Sequence record: MZ422438.1
Length of the DNA stretch: 64,000 nucleotides
Strand: one strand, 5' to 3'
The position numbers and the translations under genes are program-made. The notes beneath the pieces were generated by a model. The model was not told the origin of the DNA, made no database searches, and saw only the letters and a list, made by a program, of their open reading frames with translations. Below, in pieces: positions 8,914-19,543 of the stretch; position 1 is the stretch's first letter, and every line of letters begins with the position of its first letter.

Positions 8914-11250
8914 TTACATCATTGGATCATTATTATCTTCAGAACTATTTTTAATATTAGATATATTTAACTTATCTTTAGTTAAATCTTGATTTGTTTC
9001 GTTAAATAATGTATCAAACTTAGTCCAATCAAGAGTAGACATATATATTTCTGAAGCTAATTTTTTCCTAAACAATCTTTTCTTATTATCGGTATCCTCA
9101 TTTTGTTCTGACTCTGTGAAATAATTACCTACAATAAAATCTATTGTCTGTGAAATATTATTAATTTGTTCATTAACATTAGCAATATTCATAAATACTG
9201 GTGTAGGGAAATTAATAGTGATTTCTTCAATTTTTACTTCATCTTGGTTTTCGTTATAATCTTTTTCATCATTTGTTTTGTTCTTATCTTTACGATCTCG
9301 TTCACCATACTCATAACGATATAGCTCTTGAATTATCTTAGTAAAGAATTTACTAAACGTTTCTTGATATCCAATAACTCTTCGAACAAAATTACTATTC
9401 TGCATTGATAGATTTCTTGCAAAATCAACTTCATTAGTAGCATCAATATAATTAATTGGAACACCTGTTCCATTAACTGCCGATTTCTGTAAGAATTCTA
9501 AGAAATCATCATTAATATCAGCTTGTATACCTGGAATAACATCAATATCGAAAGGCTTATCTCCATTAACTGTTGGAATAAATGCTTCTTCTGTAGCACC
9601 TAAAGTTTTAAGCATAGTAGATACACTATTTCCGGGACCAATACTATCCATTGAAAATTCAGTAGTCTTTAAATCTCGGATAAGTTCTTCAATAGTTCCC
9701 TCAATATCAGAATCCATATCAGACTCTACGTAATATACTCTTCTATCTCTACCTTGATTAATTTTTACCATTAAATTTGTAATTAATGTAGAAAGATACA
9801 TTTTAGGAAAAAATAGACTATTATTTAATCTAGATACACCATACTCGCTAGTGCTATCTAAAGGTAGATGATACACCTGATTTGGTTCTAAGAATGTTAT
9901 AGATATATCTTTATTGATAATATAGTCTTCTCTGACCAATCTATATATTACATCTTTAAAATCTTGGTTATCTTCTAAAAAGTCTTTAGATATTTTATCA
10001 CTAATTCCTTTTACAAATATATCAGTAATTATCTTGTATTTTTCATTACTAGTCACTCCTGAACCACTCTGATTTGATCTAGAGTTATAATACATTGTAA
10101 TATCTCCATTAACACTAGAAGATCCTTGTGGGGCATTACCGTTAAGAGTTCCTGCAATAGTACCTAATATTGAACTACCTTTAAATGAATTATTGCTACC
10201 ATTCTTTTCAATATACACGTATCCTAAACATACTCCATCAATAGATATTTTAATGATATCTTCCGGACTAAATATTTTTAAGTAAGATCCGGTAATATTT
10301 AGATTTTGAATGTCTTTAGATTTTTTACTTGCTTTTCGAGATTCAGATACAAGATTTAGAGGGTCTTTATAATATTTTACATTTTTAGATATAGACTCAT
10401 ATACCTCATTAGCAGTACTTTCTACTAAAATCTTTTCAATATCTTTAGGATTACTTTTAGAAAATCTTTTTCCATTTTTAATATTAGATGATTTAAATTC
10501 AATATTTTCATCATTCATAACACTTTCAATAAGATTTTCAATATTTCTATGATCCACGTTAAAAGATTCATTTAGATCATCTTCTTCAGAATCAATAAAG
10601 AGATTATTGGTATCTAATTCATTAAATTCATCTTCAGAAAGAATACTTTTAAATTGGCTTTCTAGATCGGTAACCATGATAAACAGATCACCCTCAATTA
10701 ATGTATTCCGAATAGAATTTCGAATAACTGTATTTAGATTATATTTATCAATCAACTTAGACATATTACCATTGAATTCTTTTTTATCCGTCTCCCCTAA
10801 GGTAGTATTTTCATTATTATAATAGTATGATATTGATTGTTTTGTTACATCGTCTGGAGACATAATAGAATCTACATACGTATCAATAGCTGTACCCAAT
10901 TCCGGAAAATACTGAGATATTAGTCTAAAATCATCATATCTTTGCCATCTTAGTTTTTCTTCAGCAAACTCTCCTGATGAGAAACTACTTTCAACTTTTT
11001 CCTTAAAATAATTGTTGTATATATCAGAACTTTTTTTATTTTTCGTATTTTTCATTCCAGTATTCTTAACTTTATCTCTCTGTATGTCGGAGATAATATC
11101 AATTATACTTCTTCCTGAACTGTTATTATTACCGTTTCTTCGTTTAATCTTATTTAACATATCATGAAGATTACTTAATTTATCTTTTGGTATATCTTTC
11201 TGGTTCATAATACCGTATAGATTTTTAATAATGTTTGCATTATCTGCCAT
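8914..11250 (-). CDS. Portal protein (T4 gp20-like, jumbo-phage type)
   Basis: 778 aa; RRVYYVESDM, GVPINYID, DLARNLSMQN..FVRRVIGYQE.FS-like (DFARNLSMQNSNFVRRVIGYQETFS) motifs of gp20-like portals. Confidence 0.75.
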   Translation of the reverse strand: MADNANIIKNLYGIMNQKDIPKDKLSNLHDMLNKIKRRNGNNNSSGRSIIDIISDIQRDKVKNTGMKNTKNKKSSDIYNNYFKEKVESSFSSGEFAEEKLRWQRYDDFRLISQYFPELGTAIDTYVDSIMSPDDVTKQSISYYYNNENTTLGETDKKEFNGNMSKLIDKYNLNTVIRNSIRNTLIEGDLFIMVTDLESQFKSILSEDEFNELDTNNLFIDSEEDDLNESFNVDHRNIENLIESVMNDENIEFKSSNIKNGKRFSKSNPKDIEKILVESTANEVYESISKNVKYYKDPLNLVSESRKASKKSKDIQNLNITGSYLKIFSPEDIIKISIDGVCLGYVYIEKNGSNNSFKGSSILGTIAGTLNGNAPQGSSSVNGDITMYYNSRSNQSGSGVTSNEKYKIITDIFVKGISDKISKDFLEDNQDFKDVIYRLVREDYIINKDISITFLEPNQVYHLPLDSTSEYGVSRLNNSLFFPKMYLSTLITNLMVKINQGRDRRVYYVESDMDSDIEGTIEELIRDLKTTEFSMDSIGPGNSVSTMLKTLGATEEAFIPTVNGDKPFDIDVIPGIQADINDDFLEFLQKSAVNGTGVPINYIDATNEVDFARNLSMQNSNFVRRVIGYQETFSKFFTKIIQELYRYEYGERDRKDKNKTNDEKDYNENQDEVKIEEITINFPTPVFMNIANVNEQINNISQTIDFIVGNYFTESEQNEDTDNKKRLFRKKLASEIYMSTLDWTKFDTLFNETNQDLTKDKLNISNIKNSSEDNNDPMM

Positions 11251-11329
11251 TAAACTTATCCACCTTTCTAAATTGATGAAAAAAAAAAAATATCATAGGA
11301 AAAAATTTCCCTATGATATTCACTAATAT

Positions 11330-12310
11330 TTATTTCATATCTACGAATATATATGATTGTTCCATAATATAAGTATCATTACAAACTTCAATTACAAGCA
11401 TTTTTAATGATGAATCCTTGTTATGATTAAAGCATAATATATTTATAGATGGATGTTTACTATATACTACTGGAATATAATCACTAAATTTTTCTTCTTT
11501 ATATTTTTCATATGCTTCATTAATATCTTTTGGATAGTTCAATGATCCGAGATTATCCTTAATATTTGTAAAATAAGGTATTTCAGTAAATTGGTCTATA
11601 TCGACAATTAATGGTTCAGGATTCTTTTTACGAATATACTTAAAGCCTTTGATAAATTTAGTTGATACGGTAACACTAATATAATCATCTAATTCAGGTT
11701 TAATCATATCATCATGGATAATAATATTATTATTATCATTTTTATCAATAACTATTGAGAATGTATATTTATTGTCAAATTCAAGTAATTTTATTACATC
11801 ATCATCACTAAGCGTTATCTTTGGAATATTTAATGAATTTTCACTAAAAGAATCTAATACAGGAACAATATGATCATTATACGCATTAATATCTTTTTCT
11901 TCTAAATACCATTTAATAAAAAAGTCTGATTGTCTAATAAACTTTATATAGTTATCGTTATAGTCTATTTCTATAGAGACAATTTTATCTGATTTATTTT
12001 TACGCATTTCAAAAAATTCTATCATATGAATAGAAAATGTATTCTTTTGCATAAAATCATTTACTGTTTTCATTATACCTTTTTTATCTAGTTTTCTTTC
12101 AATAAAAGTAGCATTGATATACTTTGGTAGTTGTTTTAGTAGTGCGTCATCGTTTAGTGAGGGAAATGCAAAACCATTATTAAAAATCAACCTATCCCCA
12201 ACATTAAGTACATTCCTAAATTGATCTACCATTTCTTCAATAGAAACTACAATTTTTTGAGCTTCATTAGGATCATCTACAATAACTTTATTATTTTCTT
12301 CAATATACAA
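11330..12310 (-). CDS. Hypothetical protein downstream of DNA polymerase subunit
   Basis: 326 aa ORF abutting the polymerase stop codon. Confidence 0.7.
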   Translation of the reverse strand: MYIEENNKVIVDDPNEAQKIVVSIEEMVDQFRNVLNVGDRLIFNNGFAFPSLNDDALLKQLPKYINATFIERKLDKKGIMKTVNDFMQKNTFSIHMIEFFEMRKNKSDKIVSIEIDYNDNYIKFIRQSDFFIKWYLEEKDINAYNDHIVPVLDSFSENSLNIPKITLSDDDVIKLLEFDNKYTFSIVIDKNDNNNIIIHDDMIKPELDDYISVTVSTKFIKGFKYIRKKNPEPLIVDIDQFTEIPYFTNIKDNLGSLNYPKDINEAYEKYKEEKFSDYIPVVYSKHPSINILCFNHNKDSSLKMLVIEVCNDTYIMEQSYIFVDMK

Positions 12311-13008
12311 CTATAATTCACCTACTTCTTGCATACTTTCAGAATCTATTGATTCTCTAATCATACCCAAAGCATCTTTAATATTTGGTAGATTATAATA
12401 TTTAATGCAAAATTGTAAAGGGTTATTACTATTATAATCATCAATAAATGATTCTGTAATATTCTTATTACCTTGTTTAAAAGTAATATTTCCGATAAGA
12501 CTTTCAGGACTAATATTTAACGCCATAATAATATGAGGGTATAGTGCAGTTAAGTCAATATCGGTTACATTATCGAAAATCATATTTGATTTTTTACCCA
12601 TAATATCAATACCGATTGGATGAACTTTTGATGAGTCTGCTACAAACGCACCTTTAATTTTTCCATCAATCTTAGGATATAATGAACTATGATTATTACT
12701 AATTACAAACCCACCATTATTATAAAAGATTTCTGTAAGGTTTCTTAAGCATATTGTTTTCTTAAGTGCTTTTGTTATTCGAGTATGTGTTAACGAACTA
12801 ATTTGATAAATTAGATCTAAGAATTTAGTTGCTTTTTCGATCATCATTAAGAGAACTGTATCCTGAATGTTATATAGAATGAATTTATAGTAGTTTTTAA
12901 TATATACGTTAGTGATGTCTCCGTCACCCTCTTCAAACTCATCCTTTTGCATCCCTACTTCTTTTTCACCTATGTCGTTCAATTTGTAAGAGTCTAAGAC
13001 TCCCATAG
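12311..13008 (-). CDS. Family-B DNA polymerase subunit, exon 2
   Basis: Contains polB motif A (DIDLTALYPHIIMALNISPE); joins exon 1 in frame: ...ANINK-P-MGVLDSYKLNDIG...; spliced product 569 aa. Confidence 0.85.
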
Positions 13009-15556
13009 ATAGCGATAGGTAAGTATTTGATATTATCTCCAACTTTTCCCCCGCTTCACACCGTACGTGAGACTTTCACCTCATACGGCGTTCCATCACT
13101 CAGTTTATATTGTCACCGATATATTAATGACAATAACTAGTCGTTAACTAAGTTTCTTAATTTAGTTAGTTGTGTTTTATTTACCCCGGTAGGAAAATCA
13201 GTACTATAGTGAATTAGATTATGTGAATAAACAGACAGTAATACAAGATTATCAAAACTATTTGACCCACCTTTTGATCTCGGCTTTTTATGATGTATAA
13301 CTAAGTTATCTATTCCTATTTTATATAATGGTATATTAGTGATAGGATCCTTCTTCTGTTTTTTAACCAGACCGGGAATATACATTTTATACCTTATATT
13401 GGGAAAATTAGAACTATTTGTAAGCATATTAATAAATTTTAATATTAACTCATCGTTGTTCTTAGTTTTCATAATAGGCGTCCAATACTGTTTATTTATG
13501 AGATAATCTTTAGTATTTTTACTGGATTGTTTCCGCCACATCCATGTATTAAATATAATGTCTTTATACTTATAAATTTCAGTATCAGGTTTCTTATACA
13601 TTTGACTTTGTCGACTCCAACTATATAAAATTCCGTTAACTAAGTTAATATAAGCTTGCATATTAGTAACTAAATTAAAATTATATATAGTTCCCAATAT
13701 AATAGACATTACCTTTTGATAATGACCTTTTCTCAGTTCAGACCTTAATAATTTTTTCTGATTATACCAAAACTTACTAAGATTTTTAAATGAGATCATC
13801 ACATGTCCACTTGCAAATCGCATATACTTAAAACCTACAAAGTTAATTACAAAGTCCTGACCTTCTTTGATAATGATTTCACTAGTTTTATTCCAGTTTA
13901 AAGAAACTTGATGTTTTGTACACCAAGAATCTAAAACAGGTTTAAATCTTTCTACATCCCAAGGATTCGGACTAATTATTATAAAATCATCAGCATAACG
14001 AATCATTCTTATCTGCATTCGATTACCAACGGTTTTCAAATATTGATCTTTACCTTTTCGCCTATAATATGACATATTATAAAACTTATTATAAGGATGT
14101 GTTTTGTGAAATTCAGATCCATTAGAAATAGCCTCATTATACATGTTTAAGTCATTGACTAAGATTTCTAGATCATGTAATAAAACGTTAGCTAGTATAG
14201 GACCAAGTATAGAACCTTGAGCTAAACCAATCCCTTGATACTTTGTGTCTTTAGTATCTATAGACATAAGAAACTTTATAGATCTTAGTAGTTGCGTATC
14301 TCTAATTTTGTGATTATACCTTAATTTATCAAGTACTATATCTAAATTAATAGTATCAAAATACTTAGATAAATCACAATCTAGTACTGATCCATTCTTT
14401 ATTTCTTTAGTGTTATTTACTAAAGCTGACATGGCATGTTGAGTTGAGAGATTACGTCTAAAACCATAAGAATCAGGATAAAATTGATATTCCAAAATAG
14501 GTTCTAAAATATTAAGAATACATTGTTGTGCTATTCGATCTAATATATTAGTTATTCCAAGAGTTCTAAACGAACCATCCTCTTTTGGAATGTCAACAAG
14601 TCTTGAATATAGTTTTATATCACCTTTTATTCGTTTCAATAATAGGCTTTTAATATCTTTGTAATCTTGTTTTAGTAAATCATCTAAAGTTTGACCATCT
14701 GGTCCCGGAGTATTTCTTCCATCATTAGACATTATCCGTTTAATAGCATATTGAATATTACTATCTTTAATAATATATCTAGATAAATGCGTAAAAGATG
14801 GTTTACCATTTAAAACATCATTATACAATTTTATTTGGATTTTATTGAAATCAAAATATATAGAATGTAAACTTTTTGTGTCTATATTAACACACCTTCT
14901 TACAAAATCAAGCTCTGAATATAAATCAGGCAATTATATATCATTGTTTTGAGTGACTTTGGGCTTTCCCATTAATGATACATTACATATCATATTATCG
15001 GTTTCTACCCAAACTTTCAGTCTGTATTCATTTAACTTCACCGTGACTAGCAGCTAAACCGTTAAATTAATAATATAAAATTATCTACAGACCTTCCCAC
15101 GTTCCCTACATCATAGAATATAGTATACTTAGGTTCTTCCTCTAGGCTCTGTGTGATTATAGAAATAATCTGGTTCCCATTATATACCATCCATCTACGC
15201 AACAAACAATACGTATTTGGAACACAAGTTTACTAGCATTTCTACTAGCACATACCTGTACATTCAGAAGTTCGTCAGTCTTAAAAGACATACTAACCAT
15301 ATATACCTCCACCCGACCCATTTGAGAGGATTGTTTACCCTTTCGTCAACTTAATGTTACGCTCTAAGTTAGCCGTCTTCACCCAGCTTCACACATAAAT
15401 ATCACTACTTATGCATGTGGGAGTATTAGTGTACATCTGATATAACTTTAGGGAGTTATATAGTGTATTTGATGTAGAGTTATTCAATATTATTATAATA
15501 CTGAACTTTAGACACGCCTATGTGTATCATAGACTTTCTCTAAAAACATGTCGCAC
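13009..15556 (-). mobile_element. Group II intron (2548 nt) with RT/maturase/HNH ORF
   Basis: 5' GTGCG at 15556; domain V at 13058-13091 with CGC triad; 3' end ...CCTATCGCTAT at 13009; removal restores the frame (1012+698=1710 nt). Confidence 0.92.
13137..14933 (-). CDS. Group II intron-encoded reverse transcriptase/maturase with HNH endonuclease
   Basis: TPGPDG, RTLGITNILDRIAQ, YGFR, DLSKYFDTI, QGSILGPILAN, RYADD, C-terminal HHKKPRSKGGSNSFDNL..L...SH. Confidence 0.92.
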   Translation of the reverse strand: MPDLYSELDFVRRCVNIDTKSLHSIYFDFNKIQIKLYNDVLNGKPSFTHLSRYIIKDSNIQYAIKRIMSNDGRNTPGPDGQTLDDLLKQDYKDIKSLLLKRIKGDIKLYSRLVDIPKEDGSFRTLGITNILDRIAQQCILNILEPILEYQFYPDSYGFRRNLSTQHAMSALVNNTKEIKNGSVLDCDLSKYFDTINLDIVLDKLRYNHKIRDTQLLRSIKFLMSIDTKDTKYQGIGLAQGSILGPILANVLLHDLEILVNDLNMYNEAISNGSEFHKTHPYNKFYNMSYYRRKGKDQYLKTVGNRMQIRMIRYADDFIIISPNPWDVERFKPVLDSWCTKHQVSLNWNKTSEIIIKEGQDFVINFVGFKYMRFASGHVMISFKNLSKFWYNQKKLLRSELRKGHYQKVMSIILGTIYNFNLVTNMQAYINLVNGILYSWSRQSQMYKKPDTEIYKYKDIIFNTWMWRKQSSKNTKDYLINKQYWTPIMKTKNNDELILKFINMLTNSSNFPNIRYKMYIPGLVKKQKKDPITNIPLYKIGIDNLVIHHKKPRSKGGSNSFDNLVLLSVYSHNLIHYSTDFPTGVNKTQLTKLRNLVND

Positions 15557-16568
15557 GCTTATTGATATTGGCATATAACGCCATTTGATCTAAATATGTT
15601 GTATATCCAGCTACTTCATATATGGAAGACTTATCTGCAGGATTATTGTGTTTTTCATCCATTTTATGATATACATATTTATATTTAAAATCATCAGGAC
15701 ACATTAATTCTTCAGGAATCGCATTATTCTTTAGAATTCGATTATATATTGTGATAAAGTCAAAATCAGCATTCCACGCACTAGCAAAGTCAGGTCGATG
15801 AACTTCATTGATATAATGAAAGAAATCACTAATTAAATCAATTTCTTTATCATATTCATAAATATTAAACGTTAAGTCTAAATTATATTCTTTATATTTG
15901 TTTTTTAGTTCATCCAATAATTTAGTTTTATCCAACATTGCGTCTTTATAACCATCATGATCATATTTTAATGCAAAAGTTTCAACAGTAAGATTCCATT
16001 CATTTACAAGTGTAATAATATTAATCGGAGCTTCTGCTTTCTTTTGATCTGGAAATCCAATAATATTTTGAGTATCTACTTCGATATCGTAAAAAGATTT
16101 CTTTAGTCCAAAAAGATTATTATCAGGAGCATGTTTTTCTAAATAACGATGAATATAATTATCTTCAATATTCTTATCAGAACCATGAATTCGATAATCT
16201 AAATGCATTTTTTTAAGATTTCTTCTATCACGAAAATCTTCAGACTTCATAATATTATCATAGAATATTTTTACGCTAGGATCTTTTAACTCTGTAGCAA
16301 TACTTTTAAATATATCTCTGTTATAACATCTTACTTGCCTTACTTTTTCTTTATCAATATAGTTTCTTACAACATTATCTTGAAATTCCGGTTTAGTAAT
16401 ATAATAATCCATCATTGGTTTTTCAATAATATGATGTTTTTTTGTACCGTCCTCTTCTTTAGTGACCATAATAAGTTTATCAAAATTATCTACTGCACCA
16501 GAATTTCTTGCATCTTTCTGGTTTAAATATGTTGTCTTAATTAGTTGACCCAAAATATACACCACCAT
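15557..16568 (-). CDS. Family-B DNA polymerase subunit, exon 1 (3'-5' exonuclease domain)
   Basis: ExoI FYDIEVD, ExoII AWNADFDF, YLDQMALY; the ORF-track tail RATCF is intron sequence. Confidence 0.85.
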
Positions 16569-16579
16569 CTAAATTTATA

Positions 16580-16591
16580 TAATTCCTTGTT
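16580..16591 (-). promoter_or_regulatory. AACA-N6-TA promoter motif upstream of DNA polymerase
   Basis: Minus strand AACAaggaatTA, 11 nt before the ATG. Confidence 0.5.
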
Positions 16592-16608
16592 ATTTTTATT
16601 TTATAAAA

Positions 16609-16797
16609 TTATATTCTAGTAAGATTAATGATATCAATAACTTTGTTATATCCATCGAATTTAAATAAATCTTTTCTACTTATAATAATATCTTTATCTA
16701 GATTTTTAGCATATTTAAGAAAGAATCTCATATCCATATCATGATAAGTACTAATCATTTCCCATTTTTTAGAATAATTTTTAGGATTATTCTTCAT
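16609..16797 (-). CDS. Hypothetical protein
   Basis: 62 aa ORF co-oriented with neighbours. Confidence 0.5.
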   Translation of the reverse strand: MKNNPKNYSKKWEMISTYHDMDMRFFLKYAKNLDKDIIISRKDLFKFDGYNKVIDIINLTRI

Positions 16798-16813
16798 ATG
16801 CCTATCAATAAAT

Positions 16814-17836
16814 TTAGTGGATAATTTTTTTTCTTTTAAACATGTTTAAATTAAAATTATTACTTTTTCTACCGTTTATTATTGATAACAGTTTTTCTTC
16901 ACTAATATTATTATTTTCCGCCATTACTTCTTTTTTGTCTAACGGTACATTTTTGAAATCTAATTTATCTTTATTATAAGCCAATAATTTACTATTTTTA
17001 CTAATAAGATCAATATATTCATCATCCATGAAAACTGATGCGTTTGTTATAAAGTTTACAGTATCGTTAAATACATATATTTTTTCTTTATTAGATGTAT
17101 CACTACTACTATTATATTTACATATAGTATTTATTAGATACTTAATAGATTTAATACTATTAAGAGTATCATATTCCGCAATACGGAACATATATTTAAA
17201 TACATAGGAAATATAACCAATACTAAGATAATCAATATTTAACATTAACGTATCTATGAAACTGCATAAGACTTTATTAATATTCATATTATTTTTCATA
17301 TGACTTGACTTGATCATTAGATTAAGATGAATAATAGGTTCCACATCTTCGCTTTTATATGATTTATAATATTCAAAAATTTGCGGTATAATATAATCGC
17401 ATAAAAATTCTTCATCTATATTCGAATTAGATAAAATAAAATTTATATTATCGTATGAATATTCCATATAGTCACGAAATAATATTCTAATTATAGAACT
17501 ATTAAATTCCATAACTGACCGCACTGAAAGATAAGAATTTTTACTATTTACTATCTTATCAATATTCTTTATAAATATATGATTAGGTATTTTCATTTCA
17601 TAATAATCTATATTATCAAAATTTTTTATAATAAAGTCAATCATCTTATCAGATATTCGGTGTCCGTAAAATGATACTAAATCTTTGATAAATTCTTCGC
17701 TGTATTCATACATATATTTATCTAATTCTTCGTTCGGTATACTTATATAATTATCTGTAAATCTTAATAGTTTATCACCCAAATTCCCATTACTAGGATC
17801 AATTTCTATTGTAAGTTTCTTCAATATACTTACCAA
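16814..17836 (-). CDS. Hypothetical protein
   Basis: 340 aa ORF, helical repeat-like composition. Confidence 0.7.
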   Translation of the reverse strand: MVSILKKLTIEIDPSNGNLGDKLLRFTDNYISIPNEELDKYMYEYSEEFIKDLVSFYGHRISDKMIDFIIKNFDNIDYYEMKIPNHIFIKNIDKIVNSKNSYLSVRSVMEFNSSIIRILFRDYMEYSYDNINFILSNSNIDEEFLCDYIIPQIFEYYKSYKSEDVEPIIHLNLMIKSSHMKNNMNINKVLCSFIDTLMLNIDYLSIGYISYVFKYMFRIAEYDTLNSIKSIKYLINTICKYNSSSDTSNKEKIYVFNDTVNFITNASVFMDDEYIDLISKNSKLLAYNKDKLDFKNVPLDKKEVMAENNNISEEKLLSIINGRKSNNFNLNMFKRKKIIH

Positions 17837-17847
17837 CCTTTCTATAA

Positions 17848-18564
17848 TTATACTAGCTTTAGATCAATTACGCTTTTTTCAAATTCATTTAAATGTTTAG
17901 ACCAATTGAATGATACTTCTTTATACCTATTAATTTCATCAATAGTCATTAAGTTTATTGTATTAAAATCCAGCGATATCAATGAAAATACTTTATTCTT
18001 TAATGAACCGATAACATTTGTATTTATAAGTATATTATAAATTTCATAATATTTTTTAGATATATCTTTATTCATTTGTAATGAATTTTCACTAATAAAA
18101 TTTCCACTATCTGATATCACATAATCAATAAATACTGTATCATTTATTATATTAAATATACTAACCGGATCAGATATGTCACGCATTATATTAGTCAATA
18201 TAGATTCAATATGTGAATTATCATTATTACCTTTATTATACTGATATAATAAAGGTAATATTTCTAAAACAAATATAGTTCTCTTAGACTTCCATAATGG
18301 AGGCTTATTTAAGTATAATGATACTTGGAATTTATCATCGATATCATAATAATTCTTTTTTAGTAAATCTATAAATGATATAATGAATTCATCATTATCA
18401 ATAATCTTTAGTGATTTAATTATATTATCATATAAGTTTAATTTTTTAATTATCTTCATGCTTAATTCAATATTTTTAATTCTAAGTATGTTCATTATAA
18501 TATTGTCTGAATTTGATTTAAATATACATAGACTTAGAATTTTTATATAATGGAATATATACAT
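17848..18564 (-). CDS. Hypothetical protein
   Basis: 238 aa ORF. Confidence 0.65.
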   Translation of the reverse strand: MYIFHYIKILSLCIFKSNSDNIIMNILRIKNIELSMKIIKKLNLYDNIIKSLKIIDNDEFIISFIDLLKKNYYDIDDKFQVSLYLNKPPLWKSKRTIFVLEILPLLYQYNKGNNDNSHIESILTNIMRDISDPVSIFNIINDTVFIDYVISDSGNFISENSLQMNKDISKKYYEIYNILINTNVIGSLKNKVFSLISLDFNTINLMTIDEINRYKEVSFNWSKHLNEFEKSVIDLKLV

Positions 18565-18583
18565 ATAATATCACGCTTCCTAA

Positions 18584-19480
18584 TCATTCTTGCTTTTCAT
18601 TATCGATTACTAAACTATGATTTTCTAAAGAACTTAGCCATGGATCATAGATATTATTGAATCTTTCTTTATCGCTAATATCTTTAGTAAATATATTTAA
18701 GAATGATTTTTGATATTTCTTATCATTATCAAACCATGAAGATATAAACTCTTTTCCACTTTCTTTACTTAATTCAGTTAATGTAGTATATACTTGGATT
18801 GCAAAGAAAGAACTTAATCCTACTGCATCAACATCTAAATCATTATGTGAATCGTTATCAATAATAATATAGCGATTATCATCAACAGGAGTATACTTAT
18901 TCAGTGCAATCTTTTGAAACTCAATTTTAATATTACCATTAAAACTATATTCACCATCAATATAATTGTTAATAATATAAAAACTATTTGTAATAAGTTC
19001 CTCAATACATTTATCAGCTTCAGCAATAATTAATTCATTACTATATTTTTGTAAATCTTCATAGTTTTGAATTCCTAAGGATTTAAGTCTTACAGCAATA
19101 AATCCTTCAGTAATTCCAGATAAAGAGATTAAAAATTTTGCAGGATTCAATGAATATACTAATTTATTAGTATTATTCTCAGTAATAATTTCAATACTAT
19201 ATGGAATTTCCATATATCGTTCAGAATTTTCAGTATATGTGTTACTGTCTTCATCAGTAACCACCCATTTTTTTCTAGTTCTTCTATTAATTCTAGAAAT
19301 TTTATTTTTCATTTCACCTACATTATTGCTGTTATTTAAGCTGATATTTACTAAGATAGTTTTTACATTATCGTGAGAATTAATAATTCTAAAGTCATAA
19401 TTATTTTTTCGAAGATCACTTGTAACTTTCGGTAATTCATTATTTTTAACATCTAATTTTACGCTAAACATTTTTATCAT
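18584..19480 (-). CDS. Hypothetical protein
   Basis: 298 aa ORF. Confidence 0.7.
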   Translation of the reverse strand: MIKMFSVKLDVKNNELPKVTSDLRKNNYDFRIINSHDNVKTILVNISLNNSNNVGEMKNKISRINRRTRKKWVVTDEDSNTYTENSERYMEIPYSIEIITENNTNKLVYSLNPAKFLISLSGITEGFIAVRLKSLGIQNYEDLQKYSNELIIAEADKCIEELITNSFYIINNYIDGEYSFNGNIKIEFQKIALNKYTPVDDNRYIIIDNDSHNDLDVDAVGLSSFFAIQVYTTLTELSKESGKEFISSWFDNDKKYQKSFLNIFTKDISDKERFNNIYDPWLSSLENHSLVIDNEKQE

Positions 19481-19543
19481 CCATTCTATTTTTATTTTAA
19501 CAATAATTCGACTACTAATATTAATATTAGTAGTCGATATAAT

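Noticed and set aside
12311-13042. Track ORF starting MEIISNTYLSLS as an independent gene
   Set aside because: Its first codons are intron domain VI; it is exon 2 of the polymerase.
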